A stretch of DNA of 64,000 nt from Takakia lepidozioides (GCA_030704615.1 CM060732.1:56916001-56980000); one strand, 5' to 3'. Shown: positions 23,301 through 37,600, counted from the first letter of the stretch. Notes: generated by a model not told the origin, from the sequence alone. Program-made: numbers and translations.

Positions 23301-26300
23301 GGATTCATTAATCTCCTGTTTCTGTTCATCATCTGATGCAGTAATAGGAATTTACTTCATTGTAGATTAAGCCATCACACTCTAGACATTGTTCCTAACC
23401 AGGCATGCATCTCTGCTGAGTCCACTGATTGCATCTTAGTTAACAAGATGGATTTATGTGCTTGGATGCACTCCTGGTCCGGACATGGTTTGATGTTTTC
23501 TGAAGTGGTTTCTTGTTGTTCTACTTTCGCCAATGGGCTCTCCGTGGACATCATGTAGTTTCTAGTTCTAGTTTCTTTCGGACATTATAAAGTACCAGTT
23601 CAATTCATTTCTTCCATTTGTCTCCTTTCATTTTCCTTTCTACATATAACTCATGTGTTTTTTGCTGCAGACTATATCTCCCTGGGCACAGTTAGAGCTA
23701 CTACAGGCATCCCATCCTGATAGTTTTCAACTGCAAATGCCTCAACCCTTTCTGTCAAAGAACCATTCAAGTGAGTACTTCAGCTCCATCTCACTTCTGT
23801 AGTAACTGTTGGTCGGATGTCCAGTGTGTCAAAATCCGATAGCATTACTTGGTTCCCTGAATAAACTTATTTGGATGTAGCAGACTTTATTTCTCTAGGA
23901 ATGTGTCATGTGATGCTTATGTGTCCACTCTACAGATGACCACAACAGAGGTAGCTGTTACCAAAGTCCAAGCAGGACAGCTGCTGCAAGTCGGCTGAAG
24001 GTGCAGTCGGGCAAACATGATGATGCTGACACCCTACCTTCAAACCCAATCCCACCAACTCTAGAAGATGAAGGTCAAGGGGACAGTCATCCTAGCTTAC
24101 TGGAGGAGTCCACTCAAACTTCACTTCTCTCCCATTCCGAAGATAAACAGGCTTTGCACTCCAGCGTATGTCTACCCGTTTTGAGATCACCTTCTCCACC
24201 TCTGCAAGATAGGTTGGCAACTGGCTACTGTGAGCCACCTCCAAAAACTTCCCCTGGCACCTATGCCTCTGGCAGCAAGCATTCCAGGTGGGCTTCCCCA
24301 GAGAACAATAAAGAAACGTGCTTGCAAGAGCAACAACCAGGATTGCAGGAGCCGCATTTACTACACAGTCGGGATACTCCTCTGGGTCGAATTCCCCATG
24401 GGTCACATAGTAGTATGTGCAGCCCAGAGACCTCTAATAGATTGATTGCGTCAACCCCTAAGGGCATCCTCAAAACAAACTCCAGGCGTTGTCAGGCACA
24501 GAGTGAGTGCCCCAGGTGTGCTGCATTGTGTCAGCAGGCAAAAACTACTTCAGAATTTGTCAGCTCACAAATGCAGTACATTGAGAAAATCGCAAGACGA
24601 TTGATAGGACAGTTGCGTGGTATGTGCACGTCGGTACAGGAAGAGCTCCTTCCAGGCCCAGGATCAGGGTCTTTGGTGCCACTTCGTGCATCACCCCAGA
24701 AGGTGATTTTCCAGTTCTTTAGACTTCTATTATATTATTCAGAAATTATATACAGATGTCTCTGTAACAATGTACAAAATTTGGAACATATGGTCCAGTG
24801 TGGCCCAAGAGTTTAGTATGTACACTGTCCTTTCCGAGAAGTTATAGTCGTTGACAAACAGTTAGGAAATGGCAGTTCCTTGTTGCAGCCTTGGGCTTCT
24901 GCTTGATAGAGATCACAAAACAAGTCGTAAAAAATTTCTTTTGTTCATTCTTGGTGCTGCAGGTAAGGGCTGCATCTGCCAGTGCGGCAAAAGTGGAGGT
25001 ATGGGCACAAAAGCAGCTTGTGAAAATGGCACGTGACTGTCGACGCGTTTGTCACTTAATGGTATACTTGCTTATCCCTCAACCAATCTTTGGTGTCAGC
25101 TGCCTCTTTGTAATGCATTCGATTGCTTCAAGATCCACAGAAAGCAGGGTAAGATACTCAAGAGGCTTGTTGTGGCCTTGAAAAGTGCAGGCTCATTTTG
25201 GACGGACATGTATAATGCTTGAATGTCAGTGCAGTCACCATGGGTCAATACCTTACTTCTGGGAAATGAAATGAAATGAACTGGTACTTTGTAAACGTCC
25301 GCTGGAAGCTCAAAGAGCTCATGGGATAAGAGGAAGAAAGAAACAAGAAAGAGAGAGGGGCCACAAACAGCCCAAAAGCAACTACAGTTCAAGGGATTCT
25401 AAGAGTCACTGCTTCATTCAGGTAACCTGCCAAGCATTTCTTATCCTCGTAATGGAAGACCTCTGTGAGAGATTGGGTATCCCGGAATAGACGGTTGAAT
25501 CTCCCCTGGATCTCACAGTATGAAGGGCAGTGAAAGAAGAATTGTTCTTCACTTACCAATTTCCCTGTAGTTCCCCGCGCAAGGGGGCCGTAGTCGGTCG
25601 TCACGTTTCAGATTTACCCACCTACCAGTCTCTCTGCAGACTGTGGGAGCCCACCCTGAACCTCCCAGAGCTGCAGACAGGTAATTAGGTCACAAGATCC
25701 TACCGCCACGAAGAACCAAGAAAGTCATAGAATTGCAGTTTTGTTGTTCGAGTGGCTGATTTCCGTGTGTGCCTGACATGCAGTTCCACAAGTTCTCTAA
25801 TGCATCTATTGCAATCCGCAAAATCCACCCCCTTTTCCCAGATCATCCAACTCCTTGTAGCTGGTTGCATGATAGAATAGACAGACACAATTGCAATATC
25901 ACAAAACAAATAAGCTAGCACTGTTTCAGGGCCTTGTTTGCACAAGGGATATGAACTCAAACTGTGGATGACAGATTTGGAGGCTGAGTTGAGAGGGATG
26001 GTGGCTGTAAGTCGCATGTTGGGTTGTCCATCATCTTTTGGGAACTTTCTCTTGGTTGTATGTTGTGTAGTCGGGTGATACTGAAGAGCACTGGATGCAA
26101 CCTCAGCTTATTTTGAGAAGTATAATTATTTAATCCACAACTTTGCACACTTATGCAGGACACAGGGCCCAGGAGGATCAGATTTGCAGACGAGGTGGGG
26201 GGGCGGCTTTGCCATGTCAAGTACTTCCATGAACCTCCGAAAACTAAGACATCCATTGCCACAACGGCAAATTGTGTCTCAGAAGAGGAAGAAAGTCTTA

Positions 26301-26359
26301 CAGGAGAAAGTCTTACAGGAGAGGAAGGGATCATTAAGTCGGATGGTCGGCCTGGCTAA
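20342..26359 (+). CDS. Uncharacterised, largely disordered protein (~1373 aa) with SUMO-interacting-like motifs and GILK/RVxF PP1-docking-like motifs; exons 20342-23296, 23671-23770, 23936-24702, 24963-25061, 26159-26359
   Basis: Long ORFs joined by GT-AG introns with consistent phases. Motifs VIDLT/VIDLS/LIDLS, PKGILK, a Cys-containing helical domain and RRIRFADEVGGRLCHVKYF. Confidence 0.75.
25263..25690 (-). mobile_element. 5'-truncated LINE 3' end (RTEX-like C-terminal CCHC region) in intron 4
   Basis: Minus strand encodes FRVGSHSLQ.ETGRW..FFFHCPSYCEI with a (TTCAT)n tail; homologous to 35022-35390. Confidence 0.7.
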
Positions 26360-26749
26360 CGTGAAAAGAGAAGAGGACATGTTCCAAATGTAATGCTATC
26401 CACCAATCAATATTTGTCTTAGATTGTAGTTTTCCCACGAGCAACATAATGCAGATTTTTTCTTGTCATGCATATTATCTGGAGAGGATATGTTCTGTTC
26501 ATTTGGCCTTGAATATTCGCAGGATCGCAACAAATGCACAGGATGCAACTTCAAGTCAGGCGAATATGGAAACCAGCCAATCATGGAACAAAACTCCAGT
26601 TCTAACACAAGACATTCTTTGTCCTCCAACATGACAGTGTCTTGCTCCCAATTAACTGTCTGCAGCTCTATCTCCCTCTCTTCTAAGGGCATTGGGGAGG
26701 GTTAGGGCGCCACACTCTGCGCATTGACGCTTTTGGTGACCTGCTTGCC

Positions 26750-27142
26750 CTGGAATGTCCTCTCTACTATGAGATCCATGGAGATTCTATTGTCTATTCC
26801 AATATATCCAATCTCTCACAGACGCCTTCCATTATGAGGATGAGAGGTGTTGACTCTTTGACAATCCCTTGAACAGTAGTTGTTGGGCTGCTTTGTGAGT
26901 GTCCCTCTCTCATTCTTGTTTCATACTTTCGACTATCTCCTGTCTTATCATCTTTCTCTTTCACTGAAGTCTTCCACTATGAGGATCAGAAATGCATGGC
27001 AGCATACCTGCACGAGGCCTTCACCCTTAGACAATCACTCGAACAATAGTTCTTCTTGGCTTTGGTTTCGTTTCCTCTCATGTTTTCTTCCATTTTGTCC
27101 CATAAGCTCTATGAGCCGTTGTAAAGCACCATTTCATTCATT
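26750..27142 (+). mobile_element. Two fragments of the same LINE 3' end
   Basis: 26750-26845 and 26955-27142 match 35140-35390 (CACTGAAGTCTTCCACTATGAGGATCAGAAATG; CATTTCATTCATTT tail). Confidence 0.7.
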
Positions 27143-29495
27143 TCTGTATCAACCCTGAAAGACGGCAGTAGCCGCAAGGCTAAGTGGCTCTTAGTTATGG
27201 CGGCTTTGGCCAGAGACTTCTCTCCTCTGCATCCTTTCAAAGGCCTCAATAACATTATTCGTGGAACAAATCATTGCCAGAGCTACCACCTTCTGCCCAC
27301 GCTTGTGGCAGGCATCCATGTTTTGAAGCAGAAGACTAGAATCTCCCTTGAAACTTGAGAGATTAGCCTCATATATGTTCTAGCATTAATGGTCTGAGAA
27401 GAAGACAAGTGGGCTTTGTCTGAGTTGTTAACAGCTCAAGGATGCCTTCTAAGAAGGCTGAACATGGATTTCAGGAGTTCAAGGATGTTTCCTACTTCGA
27501 GAGGTGAATACTCTTTGAATGTGTACTCTTTGAGGGTAGTGCAATTAATTTCTTATGCTTCAAAAATAGGGTTAGTTGACGTTTTTCCTATTGCTGTGGA
27601 ATGTTCATGAAGAAAACCATGGGAGCCACCTGTCGTTGCATTGCCGAGGTGAAAAGTGTGAAGGAATTTCTGTAGGTACCATGTAATTGCAGACTTAACA
27701 CACTGTGCTGCATCACATTCATAAGCTGTTGTCAAACAAATATGATCCAAACAAGCCTTTCGGCAGCTGTGTTATTGTGATCTTGACTCTTTTAGGTGAG
27801 CTGCAAATAGGTATGTGCTTGAATGAAGACCTGCAAGGAAAAGAACAACATTAGACAATTTGTGGCCTTGGGGCCAAGGGTAACGCTGCAAGAGAGATAG
27901 GTCTCCACCAATTTACTCTTCCCGTTGGTGCAAAAGCATGAATCAACAAAGACTGTCGATCAAGGGCATCATTGTGTAGCGGAGAGACGAGAATTGCTGA
28001 AGCTATACTTGCATCAAATCAGCCGTTGTCCTTGACTACCCAACAGGTCTCTCTTTCAGTTTGTCTCTTTTGTCCTTTCTATTTTCTCTCTCCCTCCATC
28101 ACTGGCCACAAGAAACAGTCTGCAATGAGGACATGTATGGTTTTTCAACATCACGTTCCATTTCTTTGACCCTCCAGGTCTCCATGGAGTCATAAATTAT
28201 TTTCTTTCTTTCCTTCTTGCTCTCAACACCTCCAAACTCCAAACCCAGTTTCCAAAGAGAAACTCAGATGACCATATGAAGTCGCTGATGCAAATGGAAG
28301 GTATATAGCTCGTGATGAAACCAAGCTGATATAATTGCAAAGATTCGGGGTTGTGCTAAGCAGCTTTGTTTCGTGCACATTACTAGACATATTATCGAGC
28401 ACTCATTCAATTACCTTTCAGGCAAACAAGACTCAAGACCCGGACAGTGCGCCCCAATACCCCAGTATATACTGCCCTCCCATTGAACATCGGAAGCCGT
28501 CTCTCTAAGGGCTGCGCAATGTGAGCAACAGCGAGTTTCCAGTAGCTTGTTTCATTCATTCCTCTGTGCACGCGAGCGTCAATGCGTGCCCATAGGAACC
28601 TTGGAGCACCACTCCACTAATATAGTACTCCTGTCAGACATATTACGAAGCTGTCTCTAGACTCTGATAGAACTCTCTACTACTTTACAACCCAGCTGGA
28701 CACTGTACACAGGAGCCCACACATGGTACCTAAACTCCACTCCAGAGGAATCCAGACCTCAACATGTTGCCGATTCTCCGTCCTTAACCTGCACAGTAAC
28801 GAGCCCTCTACGACTTATTTGATTCCTCTTCCCAGATGGGTATCAGAACCCGGACTGGTCAGACTCCTGCCCATCAGAAACACTCACTCCAGTTTACCAT
28901 AATCCCTTGCATGGAACTAGCTATTTCCACACCACTTATTCTGGAAGCTGTCTACGACAAGGCCCGCATAATAATGAATAGGAGGTACTGTAGTGTGCCA
29001 GAATGCCAGCTATGGTGCCTTCTCTCTTATTGCGCACAGCTGTGTATTATTGCCGTCTCCTTGGCCCACCTTGTCATTCACCTTTTCCAAATTCCCCCCT
29101 CTCCCTCCTCTCCCTGCATCATTTGCGTGCATGCAACACTGAGTCCCCTTTCATCGAAACCTTCCACCCTCCTCCCCACACACCTCCACACTCTCATCTC
29201 TCTCTCATTGTCTCCTGATCTTCCTCCCGGACGCTTTTTGTGGGATTATTGGGGAAAAGAAGTGTCTGGGGAGTTTTACTTTGATTTCCATTTAAGTATT
29301 TATTGTTCTGGGCGGCAATTCATTCCATGGAACGCACTGCACGTCCGAGGAACTATCGAACATTTTCGTTACAGAATATTCTTGATCGTTGGCTGAAAAT
29401 ATTCCAGTACCGTCACCTTGTTTACTTTTCTTGGAACAGGAATCTGTGCCTCAAGTGTCAATGTAATATTCCCATCCCAACCATTTTTCCCAACA

Positions 29496-29731
29496 TTTTT
29501 TTTTTTTTAAAGGAAACACCTGGGAGCGACAGCTCACAAATCAGGCCCCTTGATAGTGAGAGGAGAAAATAACCTCTTTCACGGTAACCGTGCCATGGAG
29601 GCTGAGAAATGGGACAACGCCCAGGGAAGAGGGGGAAGAGTATACCACACCCAGCAAGTAGCAGGATTTGACCCCAGAATCATCTGGGTGGCACTCAGTA
29701 GACTAACCAACTGAGCTACTCACTGTTGGTC
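29496..29731 (-). mobile_element. tRNA-derived SINE
   Basis: Minus strand: A box TAGCTCAGTTGG (29707-29718), B box GGTCAAATCC (29664-29673), poly(A) tail (T run at 29496-29508). Confidence 0.7.
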
Positions 29732-30070
29732 TAACAATTAACCACTGAATTTTCAATAAATACTTCCCACCCCCCATAAAGGTACAATGACCCCTATATA
29801 AACCGGGTTAAACAGGGAGAGGAGGCGCAGCATAATTCCCTACTTATGGCTATTGACTTTTTGACGCTGTAATTTCTTGGGTTCCGATGTTGGGAACTTC
29901 CGGGGGAACATGTCCTTAATAGGGAAAAAAAAGAAAATTAACGTTTTTTAAATAAATTTTAAAAAAAGAAAAAGGAAAAGGGGGGGCCTAATACAGGCAG
30001 CGCGTTGATAGGCCTGCACTGCACTCATTGTGCCTGCGCTGTGGCCCCCGCCATCACACTCATCGCTGCT

Positions 30071-30076
<6 letters not shown>

Positions 30077-30128
<52 letters not shown>
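30077..30128 (+). repeat. (CT)n(CA)n microsatellite at the probable CSI1 5' end
   Basis: About 21 CT units followed by about 5 CA units. Confidence 0.95.
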
Positions 30129-30129
<1 letters not shown>

Positions 30130-31614
30130 TCTCATGCACGCACAACGTCTTGCTTGCCAGGCTTCTGTCAGGACATGACAGTGCTGGTGGACTATTCTCG
30201 GAGAGTTGGGTTGCTGTTCTGTTTCCGTTTGGAGATTGGCTGAAGCTTGGGTAGTGTGGAAGGGGCTGCCAGAGAGAGAAAGAACGGAGGAAGGTGGTGG
30301 CCGTATGCTGGTAGCAGAGAGGAGAGGGCGGTGGTTTCAGGGGAGGAGGCCCATGAAGGGCTGGGGACGGGGGTCGTCTGTCCTGTGGAAGGCTCCATTT
30401 CTGGTACCTGTAGTTGTCTGATCCCTCCTTCCTCCCTGCCAGTTGTAGCTTTTGGGTTTAAAAAAACTTGTTTTCCGTTCCGTCGCCCCGAACTCCCTCG
30501 TCCTTCTACAGCAAGATTGATTTTTTCCGTTCTGTATGAAGGGTCCTCGGTCAGTTCCCTGCAAGAAGGGGGTTCCTTTTGCGGGGCATTGAATAGAAAG
30601 AGGGCAAGACTTGATCTTTTTGTTTTCATTGTATCTTGGGCATTGTCTCATGACGATGGGGTGTTCATCATTACTTGTCTCCAGACTGCAAATGAATGTG
30701 GTCTTGTGGGCTGATGGTTCGAAGAAAGGGATATGATCAGAGGTCTTATTGGGAGAAACTGGCAGTTACCTCCTGGAGGTGGAACTTGTGTACGTACTCT
30801 CTGGAGCCCCTGTTCCTGACTGAGATCGTATGTGTTGGGTTGTTCACAGAATGTGGCATGATGAAGCAGTGAGCACGACGTCACACTTGAAGCTAAGAAG
30901 AGGTATTTGCAGGGCAGCTCGCCTTTGTATTGTGTGCAATTGACTTCATTTGTGGACAATGTGGGTTGGAATGTAAAACTTGTGTAAGAATGAAGAGCAC
31001 GTATTCGCCAGCCGTATCGGGCATCATCGGCATTTGTTTATCCTCTTAGCCGGTAGGGAAGAAATGTGAATGTTTTTTTGCCACAATTCAAGTGTCTCGA
31101 GGACATGCGGGCCTGTAAGGTCATGTACGCATCCTTGTGCAAGCGTGGCTGGTGTCACATGGAAGCAAGTTTGTGCGCGGAACCAGGATGTTATAGTAAT
31201 GAGCGAGAAAGACAGCACGCAGTAAAGAACGATCAACAATCTTCAGAGTTTGAGTCATGTGGCAATGGCAGTACGAAGACAGCTCTTTGGTTTCAGAGAG
31301 GCCCACTTTCCTGTTAGTGTGAGGTTTTTGATAAGATATATCTCCCCTTTGAGTCTGCTTGTTGTCCAGTCTCAGCCAAAGGTTCAAGTAGGATAATGCA
31401 GCAGGAATGTACTATCTCACACAGTGAGCTTTGACATGACGTTGTTACTGAACTAAGGAACTCACCAACACTTCATGCTTCACATTTTGCGCTAACCATC
31501 TGATCTTGATATGGGACTTCGGAATTGTGAATGTTTGGCAAGAACAGGGTTTGCATGTGAACAAATGTCGTGCAGAGACTAGTCTGAGAAGGGGCAGTGG
31601 GATTGGGGCAGAAA

Positions 31615-34600
31615 ATGGTAGAAGATCACAGGCCACGGTCACCAATGCAGACTCCCAGGACTCCCCGCACTCCCCAGTCTTCTATAGCTCATCGCATGAG
31701 GTACTTGCCTTCCACTCGGTACACCTCTTACTCATTTTACTCAGTCTGGCTTCCTCCCCAGTCACCAGGGCGAAATCAAAGTGACAGAGGGCACTGAGAT
31801 TCAGGTTTAGCTGCAATTTTCAAAAGTAAATATCAGCTGCTGGGCTTGTACATCCTGACAAACTGATACACAATCTGTTTGTTTCTGGCAGGGATTGGGC
31901 TGGTGTAGGGGGTATGGAGGATCCAGATGGTGTCCTGGCGAGTGTGGCTCAGTGTATTGAGCAACTCCGGACCGGCAACTCACCAGCACATGAGAAGGAG
32001 CGTGTGTCAAGGCAACTTTACGAACTGGCAAATTCACGCGAGGATGCTATAACTGCAGTTGGTTCCCACTCACAAGCAATACCATTGTTAGTAGCATTGC
32101 TTAGATCAGGAACACTGGTTGCCAAGATCAATGCAGCTGCTACCCTTGGGGTATTGTGCAAAGAGGAAGATCTGCGGGTCAAAGTGCTGTTGGGTGGTTG
32201 TATCCCACCATTATTGGCTCTCTTGAAGTCAGGGTCAGCTGATGCACAGATGGCAGCAGCAACGGCTGTAAATGCTGTATCCCAAGGGGGTGCCAGGGAC
32301 CATGTGGGCTCGAAGATCTTTTCCACTGAGGGTGTTGTGCCCAACCTGTGGGAACAGCTCCAGCCTGTGCATAAATTGGAGAAGTCAGTGGCAGGTCTTC
32401 TGACAGGGGCACTGCGCAATCTGTGTAGCAGCACTGAAGGCTTCTGGCCTGCCACCCTGGAGGCTAGTGGTGTTGAAATTCTGGTAGGGCTTCTGCTAGC
32501 TGGTAGTCCAGTCGCTCAAGCAAATGCAGCATCTCTGTTAGCTAGTTTGATGACAGCAGTGGAGAAAAGCAGTGAGCGCGTGCTGGTTTCTGGGGCTATT
32601 GAGCCCCTTCTCAAGCTCTTGGCACTTGGCAATGATGTCTCAGTTCGTGCGGAAGCTGCAGGAGCTCTGCGTGCTCTCTCATCTCGCCTTCAGGATGCTA
32701 GGCAGTCCATCAGAGCAGCAGGGGGCATGAGCAAGTTGATAAGTGCGACTGTGGCTCCTTCCAAGGAGTTCATGCAAGGGGAGTTTGCCCTAGCTTTACA
32801 GGAGAATGCCATGGGCGCGCTTGCTAACATTTCAGGTGGTATGCCTGCAGTTGTACTCAGCCTTGCAGAGAGAATCAAGTCCAGCCGATCAGAAGCTGAG
32901 ATTGCTGATACAATTGGAGCTCTTGCATATGCACTGATGGTCTTGGATGGAACGGAAGCGTCTGCTGTATCTGTGGATCCAGCTCTCATTGAGTTGGTCT
33001 TGGTGAAGCAGATTGGTCCCTACACATCACAATTGATACAGGAGCGTGCCGTGGAAGGCCTAGCTAGCTTGTATGGCAATGCTTATTTGGCAAAGGGGTT
33101 AGAGCATGCTGAAGGCAAGAAAATGCTAGTTGGGTTAGTCACCATGGCAAATATTGAGGCCCAAGAAGAGTTGATGAGATCACTGACAGATATATGTAGC
33201 GGTGAGACAGATTTATGGCAAGCAATTCGAGGGCGAGAGGGAGTACAGCTTTTGATTTCTTTGCTGGGTCTCTCCAGTGAACAACAGCAAGAATATGCAG
33301 CTGCTCTGCTTTCAATCTTGTCCCAAGAAATAGATGAAAGCAAGTGGGCCATAACAGCAGCAGGAGGGATCCCTCCATTGGTGCAACTGCTTGAAACTGG
33401 ATCAGCAAAGGCAAAAGAGGATTCAGCTGTTGTGTTAGGCAACCTTTGCAGCCACAGTGAGGATATCCGTGCATGTGTAGAGACAGCAGAGGCTGTACCT
33501 GCCCTTTTATGGCTGCTGAAGAATGCTGGCTTGGAGGGTCAAGAAATTGCAGCAAGAGCACTGACCCAGCTGGTGCGTGAGTCAGACACAAGCACAATTA
33601 GCCAATTGACTGCGCTTCTCACTGGTGACCTGCCAGAGTCCAAGGCTCATGTGCTGCATGTGGTGGGCTGCCTGCTCAAGGTGGCCTCACAGGATGACAT
33701 CAGTCATGAGGGAGCAGCTGCTAATGAGGCTCTTCAGACCGTGATACAGCTCCTCAATTCACACAATAAGGAGAGTCAGGAGAATGCCGCTTCAGTACTG
33801 GCAGGAATCTTTGTTTCAAGACAAGATTTGTGTGACAGCCCAACCATTGTAAAAGGTATTGCTCCCTTGATAAAGCTGGTGAGTGCAGGGAGTGAGCAGA
33901 TTGCAATGCAGGCAGCTCGTGCACTGGCGGCACTCTTTTGTTCCATTGAACAAAATCGAAAAGTTGCTCATGTAGCAAAGGATGCAATCTTGCCTCTCAT
34001 TGGACTGGCCAAGTCATCCAGCATAGCAGTCGCAGAAGTTGCAACGACTGCATTGGCCAAACTCTTGTTGGATGTGGAGGTGGCAGAAGAGGCTCCTGCA
34101 GAGGACATCATACTACCACTCACCCGGGTCTTGCGTGAAGGTACCTCTGAGGGTAAGGAGCATGCAGCTGGCGCCCTTGCTCGCTTGCTGCGATCTCGAC
34201 CCGTTGATGACGTGCTTGCTGAAAGTATTCACCATTGTGGGACTGTCCTTGCCTTGGTGGCCCTCCTGTCTAACACCCAGTTGGAACATAGTGCTACCTC
34301 TGAAGCTCTGGAAGCACTTGCATCACTAGCAAGGGCTAAACGGGGTGGTGCATTCAGTCGGCCACCATGGGCAGTGCTGGCAGAAGTGCCCTTCAGCATG
34401 GGACCATTGGTGACGTGTTTGGCAGTTGGTGTGCCTTCACTGCAGGAGAAGGCAATTGAGGTGCTTTCAAGGCTCTGCCGGGATCAACCTGTGGCTTTAG
34501 GGGATTTGATTGCTGGGACTCAAAAGTGCATTGCAGCTCTGGCGGATCGAATCATCAATTCTCCTAGCCTGGAAGTGAAAGTGGGAGGTACTGCTCTTCT

Positions 34601-37600
34601 CATTTGTGCAGCGAAAGAACATCGTCAGGTAGCTATGGAGGCTCTGAATGAAGCTGGTTCTTTTTTGGGGCTTATCCAGTCCCTGGTTGATATGCTTGGG
34701 TTCAAGTCCAGTGAAGATACATCCGATAGCATCTCCGAGAGTGAAGAAGTTGGGGCTTCCAGAAGAAAGGAAGCTGACTTAGAGGGAACTGATGGTGATG
34801 TGTTTCTGGAGCATGACCCTGCAGCCATCTTGGGAGGAACAGTTGCTCTGTGGTTATTGTCTGTGATTGCATCCCATGATAGCAAGAGCAAAGTGGCAGT
34901 CATGGAAGCTGGTGCCATTGAAGTTCTGACTGAAAAACTTGCAATCTTTGCACCCAATGCTCGGCAGGTAAGAATAATATTATTCTTTTTATCTGTATGT
35001 CTTTCCTCTATGGATGTTGTTCACAACCTACAGATAGAGACTGGCAGCTGGGAAAACCTGCAACGGGAGGACCGCCTATGTCCAGCTTGCACAGGGCGCA
35101 ACCGGGAAATTGAAACTGAAGAACACTTCTTCTTCTATTGCCCTCTATACTACGAGATCCGTGGGAGATTCCACTGTCTATTCCGCGGAACCCAATCTCT
35201 CACTGAAGTCTTCCACTATGAGGATCAGAAATGCTTGGCAGCCTGCACGAGGCCCCTTCACCCTTAGACAATCACTCCACCAATAGTTTTTATTCTTCGC
35301 TCTGGTATTTTGTTTCCTCTCATGTTCTCTTCCATTTTGTCCCATAAGCTGTATGAGCTTTCCGCGGACGTTATAAATTCATTTCATTTTCTTTCTTCTT
35401 TCTCTGTCCTCTTGGGATGCACAGATTGTAGTGCATCCTAATCAACTAACATAGATGTTAAAGCCATAAACCTTTCATTTACTAAGGACAATGGTTTAAC
35501 CAGTCATGTGATGAGAGTACTGCACAATGCAACCTATGTTGGTCAAATGGTTGATTTCGACCATCGAACACAAGTAGTAGCCTTGTGGCCGTCGGTCCTC
35601 ATGAGTGATGTACCCTTTTTTATCCTTACATTTGTGAGCTTGTAAGCTTTGTTCTGCCAAGCTATTTTTTGGCACTCTTTTTTATTTCTGACATTGACCT
35701 TGGCAGCATATGTGTTGTGTCAATCATTTTGGGTGCAAGTAAAACCGCTTTGCGTCATTCTTTCCCATGCCTTTGGTCGGAACAGTTAGTGTGTTGGTAA
35801 TTGTGCTGTGAACATCTACTGCTTGAGCTAAACAATTTGTAATTGATGAGCTAGGCTGAAGTGGAGGACAATGGAAGTACATGGGTGAGTGCCTTGCTGC
35901 TGGCAATTCTGTTTCAAGACCGGGATGTGACACGTGCACCTGCAACAATGAGAGCCATACCATCTTTGGCAACTCTCCTGAAATCACAAGAGGCAATTGA
36001 TCGTTATTTTGCAGCACAAGCATTAGCAAGTCTTGTGTGCAATGGCAGCCGTGGCACACTCCTGGCAGTAGCCAACTCGGGTGCTGCAGGCGGCCTCATT
36101 CCACTTCTGGGCAGTGTGGAGTCAGACATCAGCAATTTGGTGGCTTTATCAGAGGAGTTTGAACTAGTACCAAATCCTGACCAGGTGGCATTGGAGCGGC
36201 TCTTCCGAGTGGATGACATTCGGGTGGGGGCCACTGCACGGAAAGCTATCCCAGCGTTGGTGGATTTGTTGAAGCCGCTTCCTGATCATCCTGGGGCTCC
36301 TCCACTTGCCCTTAGTCTCTTGACTCAGGTGGCCAAGGGCAACAATGCTAACAAGCTAGTTATGGCAGAGGCTGGGGCACTTGATGCATTGACCAAATAC
36401 CTCTCCCTTGGCCCTCAAGATGCCATTGAAGAAGCCACAGCAGATCTATTGAGGATCTTATTTAGTAGTGCAGATCTGCGACGCCATGAATCAGCGGTGG
36501 GTGCTGTGGAGCAGTTGGTGGCTGTATTGCGATTGGGCACTCGGGGTGCACGTTACAGTGCTGCAAGGGCACTTCAGGGGCTATTTGCTGCTGAGAACAT
36601 TAAGGTTGGGGATGCTGCTGGGCAAGCAGTGCCCCCCTTGGTAGAAATGTTGAGTTCTGGGTCAGAGAAAGAGCAGCGTGCTGCAATTGGTGCTCTAATT
36701 AAGCTTTCTGCAGACAATCCACCGAAGGCTTTGGCCATTGCAGATTCAGAAGCAAATGCAGTGGAAGGATTGTGCAGGGTGTTGCTGTCGGAATGCTCCC
36801 TTGAACTGAAAGAGGACACTGCAGAATTGTGCCGAATTCTGTTCAGCAATTCACGGGTGCGCTCCACTCCTGCTGCAACCTGCTGCATTCCACCCCTGGT
36901 TGCTCTGCTAGATGCAGACTCAAGCACCGCGCAGTATGCTGGTGCTCGTGCACTGGACAACCTTTTGGATGACGAGCAGCAGGCTGAGGCTGTTGCAGCC
37001 AATGGGGCAGTTGTGCCCCTTGTAAAACTGGTCAGTGGATCCAACTATACACTACATGAGGCGGCAGTAAGTGGGCTTATCAAACTGGCAAAGGATCGTC
37101 CCCTGTGCAAGCTGGATATGGTGAAAGCTGGGGTGATTGATAACGTTCTTGAGGTTCTGCCAGTTGCACCAGATTCACTTTGTGGGCTTAGCGCTGAGCT
37201 GCTACGTATATTGACTAACAACAGCAGCATTGCCAAAGGAGTTGCTGCAGCCAAGGTGGTGGAGCCACTGTTCTTGGCTCTCACGCGTGCTGAATTGAGC
37301 ACCTCTGGGCAGCACAGTGCAATGCAGGTGTTGGTTAATATTCTGGAAAAGCCCCAGCGCCTTGCCAGTCAAAACCTAACTCCCATGCAGGCTATTGAAC
37401 CACTTGTCCTGCTACTTGACTCTCCATCACAGCCCGTCCAACAACTCGCCGCAGAGCTACTCTCCCATCTTCTGGCACAAGAGCATTTTCAGAGGGATAT
37501 TGTAACTCAACAAGCAGTGGTTCCCCTTGTACGGCTGGTCGGAGTTGGCGTGCAGAGCTTACAGAAGGAAGCACTGAAGGCCCTGGAGAGTGCATCAAAT

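Noticed and set aside
27900-29400. Splice-like signals and 186-aa ORF 28836-29396
   Set aside because: No coherent reading frame or recognisable domain; low-complexity composition.
29640-29731. tRNA gene
   Set aside because: A and B boxes are present but there is no clear cloverleaf, and it is followed by unrelated body and poly(A); treated as a SINE.
34968-35267. C-terminal 100 aa of the 1117-aa ORF as part of CSI1
   Set aside because: Read-through into an intron containing a LINE remnant; the canonical donor is at 34968.
35505-35695. Intronic C/D snoRNA (TGATGA...CTGA)
   Set aside because: Boxes far apart, with no terminal stem or recognisable rRNA guide.
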